A DNA stretch of 64,000 bases from Botryllus schlosseri (Eukaryota), in assembly GCA_051294905.1 (NCBI GenBank), contig CM119371.1, positions 41,232,001-41,296,000 on the forward strand, given 5' to 3'. Under the pieces are notes generated by a model. That model was not told the DNA's origin, ran no database searches, and saw only the letters and a list, made by a program, of their open reading frames with translations. A program made the position numbers and the translations under genes. Below are positions 62,900 to 64,000 of the stretch, piece by piece (positions within the stretch are counted from its first letter, which is position 1; each line of letters opens with the position of its first letter).

Positions 62900-64000
62900 T
62901 ATTGTTAATGTATTCGCTAAAAGCTTTTCGACTGGCTCCCATCACTAATAGGGTGAATCAAATTCGAAATGTAAGAACTGTTTTGTCCGTATGACGTAAT
63001 AACAACAATAACAAACAACTAGTAGACAGGTTAGATACGCTAGTAACGATACAAACTAACGTTAACGAGCACATATTCGGCTATAAATAACCGAAAACAA
63101 CAACACAGAACGTGAATGAAATATTCCGAGAGTGTAAATGCGTTCCTGGCTTTCGCAGCTTTATGATCGTATAATCCAGGGCCTTCAAATGAAAAAGATA
63201 ACGGCCACGAGCAACTGTCGAAAATTGACTGTCATTGTACTGATTAGCACATTCTGGATGGGATAAGAGATGCTGTCCCATAGCCGAATTACAAGCAATG
63301 ACTTGATCATAATCACGCAGTGTATGTAAACAGTAGGGATATCTAGATATCCCTGGTAAACAGACTGCGATGATGGAGTTGGAGAATTATTAGTTATTCT
63401 AATTTGCCGTGGGACATGCTGGTGAATTCATTGGTGCAAGCGTGGAAACGTGCGACCTACATACCGACTATCACATCGGCACGTGTATTCATAGATTATG
63501 TGGCGTTGATTTGTCGCGGGTAGCACATCCTTTTGCGTTACAGGCATCAGAGATTTCGTCGCGAAGATTATCTGCGGTTCTACTTGAGAAAAACAATGCC
63601 TTTGACGCTACTACTAAGACAAACCACCAGAGAATCCTGTGCACCAGAGTTCTTATCTAATTAACTTTGCGTTTTACTGGGCAAAAAGAATCCCACAAGA
63701 TTTATTGCCCACTGAACGTAGGCTTACGGTAAACCGACGTACCAAAATTAGCACCGGTCTTTTCAACAAAAACATCAAGGAATGCTAATAAATTGTTAAC
63801 CTCACTTTTCAATGTGAATTTCCGTGACGGGTGAAGACCAATCACCGCTTGCAGCAAAGGATTCGCCAACATTTCCCACGGCAAATAAGAATAACTAATG
63901 TTTCTCCAACTCCATTATCGCAGTCTGTTGGCACATTGCGTGGTTATGATCAAGTTACTGCTTGTAACTCGGTTATTGGTCAGCATCTCTTATCCCATCC
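62900..64000 (-). mobile_element. Decayed Penelope element of a second subfamily, joined to an inverted copy of its own 3' part
   Basis: Minus strand: LHP...FLDVFVEK...TSVYRKPTFSGQ, IIYEYTCRCDSRYVGRT, GQHLLSHPECANQY. From ~63845 the plus strand repeats RLQQRIRQHFPRQIRITN...IGQHLLSH. Confidence 0.88.
63334..63355. mobile_element. 22-bp palindromic mini-insertion with 8-bp TSD
   Basis: gtaaacag-tagggatatctagatatccctg-gtaaacag; absent from the inverted paralogous segment near 63925. Confidence 0.8.

Overview
AT-rich, repeat-dense metazoan (invertebrate) genomic DNA. Short GT-AG introns and the transposon repertoire would fit a tunicate, but that is inference only. Five host genes can be supported. 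Two are single-ORF: a 12-finger C2H2 zinc-finger gene (-) and an intronless SPPL2-type GxGD intramembrane protease (+). Three are spliced, co-oriented minus-strand genes rebuilt exon by exon: NICN1 (4 exons), an uncharacterised single-pass membrane protein with a ~28-Cys cytoplasmic domain (5 exons, mostly absent from the ORF track), and a PLAC8/cornifelin-family gene (3 exons). The rest is nested mobile DNA. It includes Penelope-like retroelements (RT + GIY-YIG) and about 10 dispersed copies of their terminal repeat. That repeat carries a minimal hammerhead ribozyme with a palindromic stem III and an apparent loop II pseudoknot. There is also a ~9-kb foldback element with telomere-like arms, related Mutator-like elements, a decayed piggyBac, many hAT-type MITEs with 8-bp TSDs (two only 22-29 bp long), and tRNA-derived SINEs. 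Family assignments are from memory of motifs, not database searches.
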